From sequence record PZ154896.1: a stretch of DNA of 64,000 nt; one strand, 5' to 3'. The notes beneath the pieces were generated by a model. The model ran no database searches and was not told where the DNA came from. It saw only the letters and a list, made by a program, of their open reading frames with translations. Below are positions 9,560 through 19,499 of this stretch, in pieces. Each line of letters starts with the position of its first letter. Position 1 is the stretch's first letter. Source of the stretch: a phage. The translations under genes were made by a program, and so were the position numbers.

Positions 9560-10030
9560 TTAATCATGTTTCCACACCCCATCGGTATTTGACCAAAGTC
9601 GCTGATTATCTGATCCTCGCCACAGCTTTTTAGTCGGAAGATTTTTCTCGTACTTCCCATCAATAATAACATCAACATATTTAAGCATTTCTAGTTGTTT
9701 AATATCTTCAAACTTATATCCTGTCCACAACCAAATGCTTTTATTGGGATAAAGATTTTTTACTGTTTGAACGATGCAATGAACAACATCTCTGTTGTCA
9801 GGATAGAGAGGGTCACCTCCGGTTATAGTCAATCCTTCTATATAATCATTATTCAAACATTCAATTAATTGTTCTAGTGTCTCTCCAGTGAATGGAATGC
9901 CATTTCTAGCATTCCATGTTGATTTATTATAACACCCTTCGCATTTATGCAAACAACCTGTAACGAAAAGAACGACCCTGCATCCAGAGCCATTCACAAA
10001 ATCGCAGGGATAAAATCTATCGTAATTCAT
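9560..10030 (-). CDS. nrdG: anaerobic ribonucleotide reductase activating protein (radical SAM)
   Basis: 156 aa; CxxxCxxC cluster (CLHKCEGC); overlaps nrdD stop. Confidence 0.88.
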   Translation of the reverse strand: MNYDRFYPCDFVNGSGCRVVLFVTGCLHKCEGCYNKSTWNARNGIPFTGETLEQLIECLNNDYIEGLTITGGDPLYPDNRDVVHCIVQTVKNLYPNKSIWLWTGYKFEDIKQLEMLKYVDVIIDGKYEKNLPTKKLWRGSDNQRLWSNTDGVWKHD

Positions 10031-11844
10031 TGGTGTTTAACCCTATGCATGATTTCTTTATTTTTACCGAGATTAAATCCGCGTTCGTTCGGATTTCCCA
10101 AATAACCGCATGTTCTTCTTATAGTATTCATCTTTTTAGGATCAGTTTCTCCACAAACTGAACAAACAAATCCGTTTTCAGTAGGAGTCATTTCATGAGT
10201 ACTTCCGCATGTAAAACATTTATCTACTGGCATATTAACACCAAAATAATCTAAATGTTGCGCAGCATAATCCCATACAGCCTCAAGACCTTTTAGGTTA
10301 TTTTTCATATCAGGAAGTTCAACATAAGAAATGTGACCGCCTGTTGCAATGAAATGATATGGGGCTTCGCGAGAAATCTTTTCAAATGGAGTAATATTTT
10401 CTTCTACTGAAACGTGGAAACTGTTAGTGTACCAGCCTTTATCGGTGACATCTTTTACACTTCCATATTTTTCTGTATCAAGTTTACAGAAGCGATAACA
10501 AAGGTTTTCAGCAGGAGTAGAATATAAACTAAAAGCAAATCCAGTTCTTTCAGACCACTGTTTAAGATGAGCATTCATTTTAGTTAAAATTTCTTGTCCA
10601 ATATCACGACCGACAAGAATATTCAATTCGTGAATACCAATGTATCCCAAAGACACTGAACTTCTACCATTTTTAAATAACTCAATTATATCGTCATCAG
10701 GTTTAAGACGAACCCCGAATGCACCTTCTTGGTAAAGAATAGGAGCTACAGTTGCTTTAACACCCTTTAAAGAACTAATTCTACACATCAAAGCTTCAAA
10801 ACACAGATCCATTCGTTCATTAAATAGCTCAACAAATTTCTGTTCATTGAATTGTGTTCCAATATAAGAATCTAATGCAATACGAGGAAGATTCAGTGTT
10901 ACAACACCAAGATTATTACGTCCATCAAGAATTTCATTACCAGTCGAATCTTTCCATACACTCAAGAAACTACGACAACCCATTGGAGAAACAGGAATAG
11001 ATGAACCGGTGATAGCTTTATTATTCTTAACTGAAATAATATCAGGATACATTCTTTTGCTTGCACACTCTAGAGCAAGCTGCTTAATATCATAGTTCGG
11101 ATCATCTTTATAAAGATTAACACCTTCTTCAACAAACATAACAAGTTTAGGAAAAATAGGAGTTATCCCATCGCGTCCAAGGCCTTTAATACGATTTTTC
11201 AGAATTGCTTTCTGAATCATTCGTTCAGCCCAGTCAGTTCCCATACCAAACGTAATTGTTACAAAAGGCGTTTGTCCGTTTGAACTAAAGAGAGTATTTA
11301 CTTCATATTCATAAGCTTGGAATGCATCGTATACGTCTTTTTCTGTTTTAGATTGGGCATAATTCAACGCATCAGCGATTTGCCATTTTTCTGCATCTTC
11401 AACATGTTTAGCGTATGTGCGTTTAACATAAGGAGAAAGAACTTTATCGACATTCGCAAATGTAGTTCCGCCGTACTGGTGTGAAGCAACCTGTGCGGTA
11501 ATTTGTGCCATAATTGCAGTAGCAACGCCAATAGATTTAGGCGTTTCAATTTGAGCATTACCTAGCTTAAATCCATTCTCAAGCATCCCCTTTAAATCGA
11601 CTAAACAGCAATTAGTAAATGGAAGAGCAGGAGAATAATCAATATCATGCATGTGAATGATTCCGCTTTCATGCGCATTCATAATAAAAGACGGGACCAT
11701 ATTTTTGGCAATGTGCTTAGACACAATACCAGCCATAAGGTCCCGTTGAGTTGGAAAAACACGAGAATCTTTATTAGCATTCTCGTTCAAAAGATCTTTA
11801 TTAGTTTTATGAATTAATCCTTCAATTTCTTTTTCAATTTTCAT
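10027..11844 (-). CDS. nrdD: anaerobic ribonucleoside-triphosphate reductase
   Basis: 605 aa uninterrupted; C-terminal zinc ribbon CxxC...CxxC and glycyl-radical region (TCGYLG). Confidence 0.9.
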   Translation of the reverse strand: MKIEKEIEGLIHKTNKDLLNENANKDSRVFPTQRDLMAGIVSKHIAKNMVPSFIMNAHESGIIHMHDIDYSPALPFTNCCLVDLKGMLENGFKLGNAQIETPKSIGVATAIMAQITAQVASHQYGGTTFANVDKVLSPYVKRTYAKHVEDAEKWQIADALNYAQSKTEKDVYDAFQAYEYEVNTLFSSNGQTPFVTITFGMGTDWAERMIQKAILKNRIKGLGRDGITPIFPKLVMFVEEGVNLYKDDPNYDIKQLALECASKRMYPDIISVKNNKAITGSSIPVSPMGCRSFLSVWKDSTGNEILDGRNNLGVVTLNLPRIALDSYIGTQFNEQKFVELFNERMDLCFEALMCRISSLKGVKATVAPILYQEGAFGVRLKPDDDIIELFKNGRSSVSLGYIGIHELNILVGRDIGQEILTKMNAHLKQWSERTGFAFSLYSTPAENLCYRFCKLDTEKYGSVKDVTDKGWYTNSFHVSVEENITPFEKISREAPYHFIATGGHISYVELPDMKNNLKGLEAVWDYAAQHLDYFGVNMPVDKCFTCGSTHEMTPTENGFVCSVCGETDPKKMNTIRRTCGYLGNPNERGFNLGKNKEIMHRVKHQ

Positions 11845-12314
11845 TTTAAACTCTTTCTAAGCTGCTTTTTGAATGAAGCTATTAATTGTGTTTTGGTATC
11901 AGATTCATTATATTCAAATCCTCTTTGAAGCATCTCAGCCATCATTTCCTCTTTACCTAGTCTTGAGAACTCTTTAGTTTTGTCTGGAACAAAATTAGGA
12001 TGGATATTATTATCAGAATAATCTTGTTTCAAATAAGCAAGAAGAGCTTCAAGCCATTCGAGGTAGTCGACATCACGTCCTTTAAGACCGGAACGGTTGA
12101 ACTTATGCTTCATTTGGCCTTCTGCTGCGTTGCACAGATTACAGAGTAATCCACGAACTCTACCGGCTTTTGGCCCGTTTAATTCATGGTCGTGGTCAAG
12201 ATGGTTACCTTGAACATCAGGGTCTAATTCACGGTGGCAAATAGGACACTTACCATTCTGTGCATCATAAAATTTTTGTTTTTCTTCTTTATATTTTGCG
12301 CCTGATAATAACAT
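11841..12314 (-). CDS. 49: recombination endonuclease VII (gp49)
   Basis: 157 aa; N-terminal CPIC...HLDHDHE motif; size identical to T4 gp49. Confidence 0.88.
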   Translation of the reverse strand: MLLSGAKYKEEKQKFYDAQNGKCPICHRELDPDVQGNHLDHDHELNGPKAGRVRGLLCNLCNAAEGQMKHKFNRSGLKGRDVDYLEWLEALLAYLKQDYSDNNIHPNFVPDKTKEFSRLGKEEMMAEMLQRGFEYNESDTKTQLIASFKKQLRKSLK

Positions 12315-12319
12315 GATAA

Positions 12320-12362
12320 ACCCTTACCTTAAATAGATAAGGGTATTTATAATTTAGTAAAC
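12320..12362 (-). promoter_or_regulatory. gene 49 promoter region: GTTTAC early-type element plus TATAAATA late promoter and inverted repeat
   Basis: rc: GTTTAC...TATAAATACCC; inverted repeat ACCCTTA/TAAGGGT; T4 gene 49 is known to have early and late promoters. Confidence 0.55.
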
Positions 12363-12533
12363 GTTATAAAAGTCTCGATGAAAACGTTTATATTGTCGAA
12401 TCATTTTCTTAGTAGGACGTGTTACTGAAATAATTGAAGTAGTCATAGTCGGATTGTTTGGAGCACCAGTCATAACAAATTTCCAGGATTTTTGTCCATT
12501 TTTTCTTTCACCATAAAATAATTCAGTTTTCAT
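12354..12533 (-). CDS. small hypothetical protein (59 aa), below ORF-track cutoff
   Basis: hand-translated MKTELFYGERKNG... with AAAGG SD. Confidence 0.3.
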   Translation of the reverse strand: MKTELFYGERKNGQKSWKFVMTGAPNNPTMTTSIISVTRPTKKMIRQYKRFHRDFYNVY

Positions 12534-12542
12534 AATAAACCT

Positions 12543-12971
12543 TTAACTTAAACGTCTTTCTAAATATTCAATGTATTCCGCTGCTGCTTGCATCAGATTA
12601 CCTTCATAGCCGTCATTATTTTCTTGTGCGGCTAATTTAGCTAAAGCATAAGAAATACGTTCCCCTTCGAATTCACCAAGTTCACTGTCACAAACTACTT
12701 GGTCAATTTCTTCGAGTTCATCTATTGAATTGGATTCCCAGAAACACCAAAAACTGATATCACGGTCGTGGATGCAAAGTTTCTCGCCTGTAGACAACAT
12801 TACTTCAACGATGCCACCCGACAGGTCAGCCGTTGTTGAAATACCAATTACCTTGATGATTGTTCCTTTCTTTAATTCAGGAAACTTGACTTGTAGTTCT
12901 TCATCTTCTTTAACAATCTTGAACCATTTACCGCGAGTTTCAGAAATATTCATAACCATACTCCATATCAA
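12543..12971 (-). CDS. hypothetical protein (pin/49.x region)
   Basis: 142-aa ORF. Confidence 0.45.
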   Translation of the reverse strand: MIWSMVMNISETRGKWFKIVKEDEELQVKFPELKKGTIIKVIGISTTADLSGGIVEVMLSTGEKLCIHDRDISFWCFWESNSIDELEEIDQVVCDSELGEFEGERISYALAKLAAQENNDGYEGNLMQAAAEYIEYLERRLS

Positions 12972-13072
12972 TTAATTCATTTATTGAAGGTTCATCATAA
13001 CACGTTTCTTCGTCATTGTAAACTGTTTCGACGTCTGGCTCGACTGTCTCCCATCGAGCCGAATACCACGGT

Positions 13073-13408
13073 TTAACCGCGGAGCTTATTGAGCTCTTCA
13101 TAATCAATCCAGGATTCTAGCCCAGATGGCAAATCAGATTCAACGTTCCACAGAAGCTCTTCGATGGCTTGTAGGCGATTATATTCTTCAACAGTAATAG
13201 TAACCATTGTTTCAGGCTTTTTAACCATCATGTCATTCATCAGAATGTACAGGTCTTCACAAACAGCCGGGTCGTCCCATGTCCATATTTCAGCATCTCG
13301 AACCAATGAAGTCGGAATCGAATTTAAAACTTCAAGCTTAGTAGGAGCGTCAGGGCCGAGAAGAGTTGCTACAAATTTATACGCTTTGGCGAAATCAATA
13401 TCGTTCAT
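13073..13408 (-). CDS. hypothetical acidic protein
   Basis: 111-aa ORF. Confidence 0.45.
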   Translation of the reverse strand: MNDIDFAKAYKFVATLLGPDAPTKLEVLNSIPTSLVRDAEIWTWDDPAVCEDLYILMNDMMVKKPETMVTITVEEYNRLQAIEELLWNVESDLPSGLESWIDYEELNKLRG

Positions 13409-13668
13409 TTAAAATATTCTCGCAGTTGGTCAAATCCACCAATGTGACTTCCGTCAGGAGCAAACACTTGAGGCATAGTCAATCCGACTTGTGATTCACG
13501 TCCAAGCTTAACCAGAAGCTCAGCAATTTTCTCATCATCGAACACACCTTTTTCTGGCATAACATTAATGAATTCGAATGGCTGTTTCTTAACAGTCAGC
13601 AATCGTTTCGCATTATCACAATAAATGCATTTATGAATAGTAGAGTCATACCCGTACACTTTAAACAT
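13405..13668 (-). CDS. nrdC: thioredoxin/glutaredoxin NrdC
   Basis: start at MFKVYGY; CIYC redox motif; 87 aa as in T4. Confidence 0.8.
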   Translation of the reverse strand: MFKVYGYDSTIHKCIYCDNAKRLLTVKKQPFEFINVMPEKGVFDDEKIAELLVKLGRESQVGLTMPQVFAPDGSHIGGFDQLREYFK

Positions 13669-14074
13669 TATTTTTCCTTTCATCAATTAAATATGCAACG
13701 CCAAATACAATACATGTAATAAAACCTGTGATACAGATAGAAACCAACAACACTGTACCAAAGAACCAAATCAAGTTATCTTTAGTAGTTTGTTTGATAT
13801 CCATCTCACGAATTTCTATAGCTATCGTATCACCTTTATTAAGAAGCGTATAAAACGATGGTGATACATGCCTGTCAAAAACTCGACCTTGTTCATCTTT
13901 ATAAACTGCAATAAATTCCAATTTAGAATATTTTCCTGTAGATTGACCTGAAATTAATTCCACTACCTCCACAGGAATTACTTTAGTTTCCATGTAAGTA
14001 TTCTGGCTGTTCCAAATGAATGGAATGACGGCAAAAACTAAAGCTGCAATAAAACAACGAAGGCTATATCTCAT
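13661..14074 (-). CDS. membrane protein
   Basis: 137 aa with N- and C-terminal hydrophobic segments. Confidence 0.45.
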   Translation of the reverse strand: MRYSLRCFIAALVFAVIPFIWNSQNTYMETKVIPVEVVELISGQSTGKYSKLEFIAVYKDEQGRVFDRHVSPSFYTLLNKGDTIAIEIREMDIKQTTKDNLIWFFGTVLLVSICITGFITCIVFGVAYLIDERKNNV

Positions 14075-14379
14075 TATAATGTTCTCTCAAATTTGTGGAA
14101 GCATTTACGGCATTTCAATTTCAAGTTATCAGTGGTCCAGTTAACCAGTTGGACTTGGATAGTTCCACATTCCGGACATGGATGTTTTGCTGCCGATTTG
14201 GCAGCATTTTCACGTCGTTCAACCATTTTCATGATTTCGTTCCATGCCGGAGTAACGAACTCTTCTTCACCGTGGATTTTATCTCGCTGAACAAATTCAA
14301 TCTTTGAACTATCGTCAATAAACTTAACCAAGCTGTGATTAGTGCTCATGTCAATATCCTCTAAAAGACGTAGTTTCAT
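14074..14379 (-). CDS. zinc-ribbon protein
   Basis: 101 aa; CPECG...CRKC four-cysteine motif. Confidence 0.5.
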   Translation of the reverse strand: MKLRLLEDIDMSTNHSLVKFIDDSSKIEFVQRDKIHGEEEFVTPAWNEIMKMVERRENAAKSAAKHPCPECGTIQVQLVNWTTDNLKLKCRKCFHKFERTL

Positions 14380-15329
14380 TATAAAACCTCAATGGCATTT
14401 CGTAAACCATCAGCTTTTGCATTCAGAGCTTTTAATGATTTAGTTTGTTCTGCAATCTGGACTTCGACTTCTTTCAGACGAGATTTGAGATATTCGCGTT
14501 CTTCTCTTAAGTTATCAACTTTTTCTACTTTAGGTTCTTTAATAGGCTTAGGCTTATACGTATTAGGGTTCTTCAGCTTAATTTGAATACGAGAACTGTA
14601 TAACATTGAACCGTTATCTTCGGATTCGTCGAACGTTTCAACAACATCCATAGTCTCTAACAATGTAATAAGTTTATAAGACAACGAACGAACGGTTTTG
14701 TTATGCTTATTAATTTCTTCAGCTTTCATGGTACCGAGATTACGTGAGTAGTAATAAGGAACCTGGATATCAATTGACAATGATGCGTTACCATTACCAG
14801 TTGGTTTGAATACTGCAGTAACCCAATCTTTAACATGAACTTTATTTGTACGACCATCACCGCCTGTGAATAATTTACGTGAATGTTTAAAAAGCATATT
14901 CACTTGATTATTAAATTCACAAGCAAATTTATCAGCAAATTTAGTTTCAGGAATGGTAGATAACCAATCAGCTAAATGAGTCTTTTTAACATCGTTAATA
15001 ATAGTAAATTCAACCAAATCAGTTTTAGATGTCACAGATTTAATAAAGCTCGGCTTCATAAAGTTTTTAATGTTATCGCGAGCTACAGTAGAAGATAATA
15101 AACGAGAACGTTTGAACCATTGAAGCAGTGTCCCTAATGAATGAGAATACGCATTCTGAGTATCTTTACAGATATGATTTTCTTGACCTGTGTATGTACC
15201 AAAATCTCGAAGAATACCACTTACTACAACTCGGTGTGGAACATCAAATCCTAATGAACCAGAAGCACGTTGGGCATGAACGTTAGCGATAAGACCTGCA
15301 AAATAATCAATGTAATGTGAACGTGTCAT
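14379..15329 (-). CDS. hypothetical protein with C-terminal coiled-coil
   Basis: 316 aa; heptad-rich C-terminus. Confidence 0.5.
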   Translation of the reverse strand: MTRSHYIDYFAGLIANVHAQRASGSLGFDVPHRVVVSGILRDFGTYTGQENHICKDTQNAYSHSLGTLLQWFKRSRLLSSTVARDNIKNFMKPSFIKSVTSKTDLVEFTIINDVKKTHLADWLSTIPETKFADKFACEFNNQVNMLFKHSRKLFTGGDGRTNKVHVKDWVTAVFKPTGNGNASLSIDIQVPYYYSRNLGTMKAEEINKHNKTVRSLSYKLITLLETMDVVETFDESEDNGSMLYSSRIQIKLKNPNTYKPKPIKEPKVEKVDNLREEREYLKSRLKEVEVQIAEQTKSLKALNAKADGLRNAIEVL

Positions 15330-15357
15330 AATATTTTCCTCTCGTTAAGATAAAAAG

Positions 15358-15387
15358 ATTATACTCCAACCATCCTTGGTTGTAAAC
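15358..15387 (-). promoter_or_regulatory. PeSL-like early promoter cassette
   Basis: rc: GTTTAC-N18-TATAAT with AACCA/TGGTT inverted repeat in spacer. Confidence 0.55.
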
Positions 15388-15391
15388 TGAT

Positions 15392-16324
15392 TTATGATTT
15401 TAATGCATTCATTGCGTTAAAAAGTTTAGAGTACTGCAACTGGAGCTTAGTAACTACTTGTTGAGCATCACGAAGCTTAGCTTGTGCTTTGTCAAGTTCA
15501 ACAGACAGTTGGTCCACAGTGGCTTTGATTTGATTATAATAGTAATCTTCGGCAGGAAGAAGTCCGTTAGAGATTTCCAGTTTAGTCGACGGTGTGCCGT
15601 TAAACATAACAGGTTGTGCTGAAGCTGAATTAATCTTACCGATAGTCGGGGCGACAATAATTGACGCTTCGAACGTTGCATTTTCCTTTTTAAGATTTTT
15701 ATAATATTCAGAGTCTTTGTGCCACCATGGCGCAGGAACCTTTTTACCAATAGATACACGAGCCTGGATAGCGATATGGCCCTTATTCTTGATAATGTCT
15801 ATAATATTAAGCTCACGAGAATAAATTGCTTTAATCTGGTGAATATTATCACCTAACACTTCCAACGCTTGGTGGAATACACGAGCAACGTTATCATTCT
15901 TAGGTTTATACGTAAGAGTGAACTCGTTCTCACTGATAACCATGATTTCTAACTTATCGTAAGTATATTTCAAATGTTTCATGTTAATTGCTTGAGGACG
16001 AATACGAGAAGCAATGGCCATCAGATTGTTAAGGTTATTTCTGAACTGTTTAGCAAAATATTGTCCATAACCGCCGATACAAAAATTACGAAGTTTCTGT
16101 TTGGCTAATAAACGGCTGAACTCACCATTTTTAATGAACTCTTTAACGGGTGTGTTAGTAACGCATTCAAATTGAGTAAACTTACGAGAATTAATCCCAT
16201 AATATGAACAGATTTCCTCAATCTCTTCAGGAGTCTTTACAGGCATACGGATAGGATTAGGACCTGGGGTATATGCGTTCGAGGTAAATTCTTTGATAAG
16301 TTCTCTACGTGTAATAGAAGCCAT
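15392..16324 (-). CDS. hypothetical protein with C-terminal coiled-coil
   Basis: 310 aa. Confidence 0.5.
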   Translation of the reverse strand: MASITRRELIKEFTSNAYTPGPNPIRMPVKTPEEIEEICSYYGINSRKFTQFECVTNTPVKEFIKNGEFSRLLAKQKLRNFCIGGYGQYFAKQFRNNLNNLMAIASRIRPQAINMKHLKYTYDKLEIMVISENEFTLTYKPKNDNVARVFHQALEVLGDNIHQIKAIYSRELNIIDIIKNKGHIAIQARVSIGKKVPAPWWHKDSEYYKNLKKENATFEASIIVAPTIGKINSASAQPVMFNGTPSTKLEISNGLLPAEDYYYNQIKATVDQLSVELDKAQAKLRDAQQVVTKLQLQYSKLFNAMNALKS

Positions 16325-16350
16325 TTTATATTCCTCATGTTGAAAAATTT

Positions 16351-16379
16351 ATTATACTCCAACCATCCTTGGTTGTACA
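16351..16379 (-). promoter_or_regulatory. PeSL-like promoter cassette (degenerate -35)
   Basis: rc: GTACAA...TATAAT; spacer almost identical to the 15358-15387 copy. Confidence 0.45.
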
Positions 16380-17375
16380 TCATTCCTTAAGAAGTTTTAC
16401 TACTTGAATAAGATTAGCTCGTTCTGTTTTATTTTTACTGTTTAAGCCTGCTAATCGTGAGATTTCATCATCAGTCTGTTGAATAGTTACATTAAGTTCG
16501 TTAATCAAAGCTTCAAAGTATTTGATTTGCTCAGCATGTTTTGATTCAAATTTCTGAACCGGAATAACGTCTTGGTTTAGTTCATCAATAAGGTCTTTAA
16601 GAGCATCTTCTTGGTTGATATCATATTCAACTTCTTTTATTTCTTCAACGAGCTCGTCTTTATATCTAACGTCTTTTAGTCCTGGTGCTGGTCCTGAAAT
16701 CTCTTCTTTAAGAGTACAAACATATCCAATACGGTATCCAATGCCGTCTCGCTTGATATCAACTTCGTCAATAAATCCACAATGTTTAAGACCAGAGCCG
16801 ATTAGGTCAAAATATCCTTGACGTCGTCCTTCAAACGTTACACGAACTACTAAGACAGTTTTACCTGCAACCTTTTGAAGCTCACATTTATAAAAGTCTG
16901 TTGAACCTGAATAACGTGGATGAGTTTTAAAGTTCATCTGACGATCTAGGCCCATTTGTAAACGTGCTGATACAGCCAGAAAACGTGTTTGGTTCTCGTT
17001 AAGATGAGCAACAATCCATTTCAAAGGCATTTTACACTGTTCACGACCGAACAAATCAGTACGTCCTAGATTACGCAGGATGTTGTTAGAGTTAATCATC
17101 GACAGAACGTTAAGTTTATTCAGCGCGCTGAAGATTCCATCGGCCATTGATTTTCCGTAACCTTTACACGCTTTAATAAGCGCTCGCGGTAGATTAGTAT
17201 AGATTTCAGACGGCATATGAAAATCAAATTTACTAGTCAGTAATTGATGAACTTGGATAGCAATTTGCTCATAATTAAGTGCTCTGCGATCATTATGGTC
17301 TTTAAACCACACTTTAATCTGTGAAGCACATAAACCGTTAATTTCATGTTTTACCGCATCAGATGTAATGCTCAT
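16380..17375 (-). CDS. hypothetical protein with C-terminal coiled-coil
   Basis: 331 aa. Confidence 0.5.
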   Translation of the reverse strand: MSITSDAVKHEINGLCASQIKVWFKDHNDRRALNYEQIAIQVHQLLTSKFDFHMPSEIYTNLPRALIKACKGYGKSMADGIFSALNKLNVLSMINSNNILRNLGRTDLFGREQCKMPLKWIVAHLNENQTRFLAVSARLQMGLDRQMNFKTHPRYSGSTDFYKCELQKVAGKTVLVVRVTFEGRRQGYFDLIGSGLKHCGFIDEVDIKRDGIGYRIGYVCTLKEEISGPAPGLKDVRYKDELVEEIKEVEYDINQEDALKDLIDELNQDVIPVQKFESKHAEQIKYFEALINELNVTIQQTDDEISRLAGLNSKNKTERANLIQVVKLLKE

Positions 17376-17410
17376 AACTATTTCCTCAGATTGAATTGGA
17401 ACTCAAAACC

Positions 17411-17436
17411 ATTATAACCCGTCCTTGGGTAAAGCG
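17411..17436 (-). promoter_or_regulatory. candidate MotA-dependent middle promoter
   Basis: rc: CGCTTTA (MotA-box-like) about 13 nt upstream of TATAAT. Confidence 0.35.
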
Positions 17437-17437
17437 T

Positions 17438-17965
17438 TTATGCGTGAACCGTCTTTAAACGTTCTTCAAATTTACGAAGAGTACTAATACGTTCTGATTT
17501 CTGTTTTGTATAGTTTGCAATACGTTCTGAAGTGAGAGCGTATCGTTCGTTTACTGTTTCTTTCATGAAGTCAGGGATTTCACGAGAAGCTTTAATTTCA
17601 TCAAACTTATCGAGTACTGCCTGGTCTTCAGCGATTAAATTTTCGTACATCTCGATATCTTTCTTGATAAACTCGATATCTTCCTGGGTTACTTTGGATA
17701 AACGAGATGCTTTATCCTTTTTGTACTGCTCGTTAGTTTCACGAGACCAGAATAATGTACGTTTTTTGTTAGTGTTTTTGTAGACTTCCACAATTCCAAC
17801 TGAATCGATGATAGCAATCCAATTCCAGCGAGATTTGAAAATCTGACCTCCGTCCACGGTAATCTCGTTACCATAAGCAACGTCATTAAAGAACTTGCTT
17901 TGTGCTTCAGATTTAAATTTACCGTCGTTATAATTTACCAGGTTGAAAATATCTTTAGCGTTCAT
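17438..17965 (-). CDS. hypothetical protein
   Basis: 175-aa ORF. Confidence 0.5.
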   Translation of the reverse strand: MNAKDIFNLVNYNDGKFKSEAQSKFFNDVAYGNEITVDGGQIFKSRWNWIAIIDSVGIVEVYKNTNKKRTLFWSRETNEQYKKDKASRLSKVTQEDIEFIKKDIEMYENLIAEDQAVLDKFDEIKASREIPDFMKETVNERYALTSERIANYTKQKSERISTLRKFEERLKTVHA

Positions 17966-17984
17966 GTTTTACCTCCAGTAGTTG

Positions 17985-18021
17985 ATAGGTCTATAATAAC
18001 ACAACCATAGACCTTGTAAAC
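17985..18021 (-). promoter_or_regulatory. PeSL-like early promoter cassette
   Basis: rc: GTTTAC, inverted repeat GGTCTAT/ATAGACC around TTATTAT. Confidence 0.55.
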
Positions 18022-18023
18022 AA

Positions 18024-18311
18024 CTAAAAGAAACTTTTTTCGGTATTTTTTCCACTGAACCAAACCGATTTCGGAATTTTCTGTAATTTTTCAGATTTAA
18101 GTTTCTCTTCCTGTTCTTTCTTATATGCATCCTTGTCGTACTGGAACAACTCTAGGGCATTCTTTTGTAGACGGTCTAAGGTAATTAAGGCTTTAGTTTT
18201 TCCTTTCAAGGAAGAGTCCTGGCGAACCTCCTCGCTATATTGCATCGTAGAACTAACCATACGATGAGCATACAGTTCTACTGCTGCTTTAATTTTTTGC
18301 ATAAAATCCAT
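18024..18311 (-). CDS. hypothetical protein
   Basis: 95-aa ORF. Confidence 0.45.
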   Translation of the reverse strand: MDFMQKIKAAVELYAHRMVSSTMQYSEEVRQDSSLKGKTKALITLDRLQKNALELFQYDKDAYKKEQEEKLKSEKLQKIPKSVWFSGKNTEKSFF

Positions 18312-18449
18312 AACATATCCTCTTTGATTTGTACAACATTATTTTTAAATAGTTCTATGCCCTCAGTAGGTTCCTGGTGTCCTTCTTTGAGGTAAGCCAT
18401 ATGATTATTCATCTTTATGGCTTTTGTTACCTCAGAACTTCCTATAAGC

Positions 18450-19451
18450 TTATTTCAGTAAAGTTACTTCAGAGATTTCCTCCCAACCATCTTTATCAGT
18501 TGAAATAAAATCTGCTACATAAAGAGCCGTACGTAATGATACATTGCGAAGACGAGATACGTTAGCCTTCATCCAGGACAATGCTTTATACGTTTCTGCA
18601 TCTGTCAGACCACGTTTCTGCATCATGTCAGTAGATAATATTACGTCTTCAACTCGAACCATAATCTCTTCATTAGAGTGTACTCCAAGGTCGAGATACA
18701 CTGAACGAGATACTAAAGCTTGAAGGTGTGGGGCAAGTTTCGAACCGCGTTCTAACTCTTTATCGATATCAACGTTTGTAATGAAAACGATAGTACCTTC
18801 AAACTCAAATTCTTTATCAATACCCTTATCATCGAGATAAGATGACGCAGTGCTCCAGCAAACTTTGCGTTTATCTCCAGTATCTAATGCTGCTTTAAGA
18901 AGGTTCAAGATGTCCATATCTGAGAATACGTCAACGTCGTCGATTAAGAGAACGCTGTCTGCATCACGGTTGAGCCAAAGTTGTTCGTAAAGGCCGATAC
19001 CAGAGATTTTACCATTAATGCTTTTATATTTGATGAAACCGTTATCATTAGCATTATTAAGTGCTTTATCCAGAGAATACGTCTTACCAATACCAGCTGC
19101 ACCTGAAATAATGAGTGAACGAATTTTACCATCGATAATGCCATTCGTCATCATGTTCATTACTTTAAAGCGTTTGTTGATACGAGTTTTCATATCTTCA
19201 GTGCTTTCAACGACTGCAACCGGTGACGTCTCAACTCCTTCCATTACGATGTCTGATTTGAAGACCCATACTCCACGTTCAGAACCATCAATCATAACGA
19301 AAATTTTACCATCACCTAAGTGGGAACATTCAGGATTAAGCTTTGCTGGGAACCATGTCTTTGTGGCAACATAAGAACCAGAGATTTCGTTATTACGATA
19401 GATACCTTTTTTGATTTGAACGTTGAACATTTTATTCTCCAATTTACTCAT
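18450..19451 (-). CDS. P-loop ATPase
   Basis: 333 aa; Walker A GAAGIGKT and Walker B LLIDDVD. Confidence 0.6.
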   Translation of the reverse strand: MSKLENKMFNVQIKKGIYRNNEISGSYVATKTWFPAKLNPECSHLGDGKIFVMIDGSERGVWVFKSDIVMEGVETSPVAVVESTEDMKTRINKRFKVMNMMTNGIIDGKIRSLIISGAAGIGKTYSLDKALNNANDNGFIKYKSINGKISGIGLYEQLWLNRDADSVLLIDDVDVFSDMDILNLLKAALDTGDKRKVCWSTASSYLDDKGIDKEFEFEGTIVFITNVDIDKELERGSKLAPHLQALVSRSVYLDLGVHSNEEIMVRVEDVILSTDMMQKRGLTDAETYKALSWMKANVSRLRNVSLRTALYVADFISTDKDGWEEISEVTLLK

Positions 19452-19460
19452 TTCGTTTCG

Positions 19461-19497
19461 ATAGGTCTATAATAACATGTTTAAAGCAAAAGTAAAC
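19461..19497 (-). promoter_or_regulatory. PeSL-like early promoter cassette
   Basis: rc: GTTTAC-N17-TTATTATAGACCTATC. Confidence 0.55.
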
Positions 19498-19499
19498 AA

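Noticed and set aside
9466-9678. 70-aa ORF overlapping the 3' end of nrdG
   Set aside because: Out-of-frame overlap with a conserved gene, no RBS, no similarity.
10027-11844. Group I intron or homing endonuclease in nrdD, as in T4
   Set aside because: The nrdD ORF is continuous (605 aa) with no interruption; no intron-like insertion was seen here or in tk.
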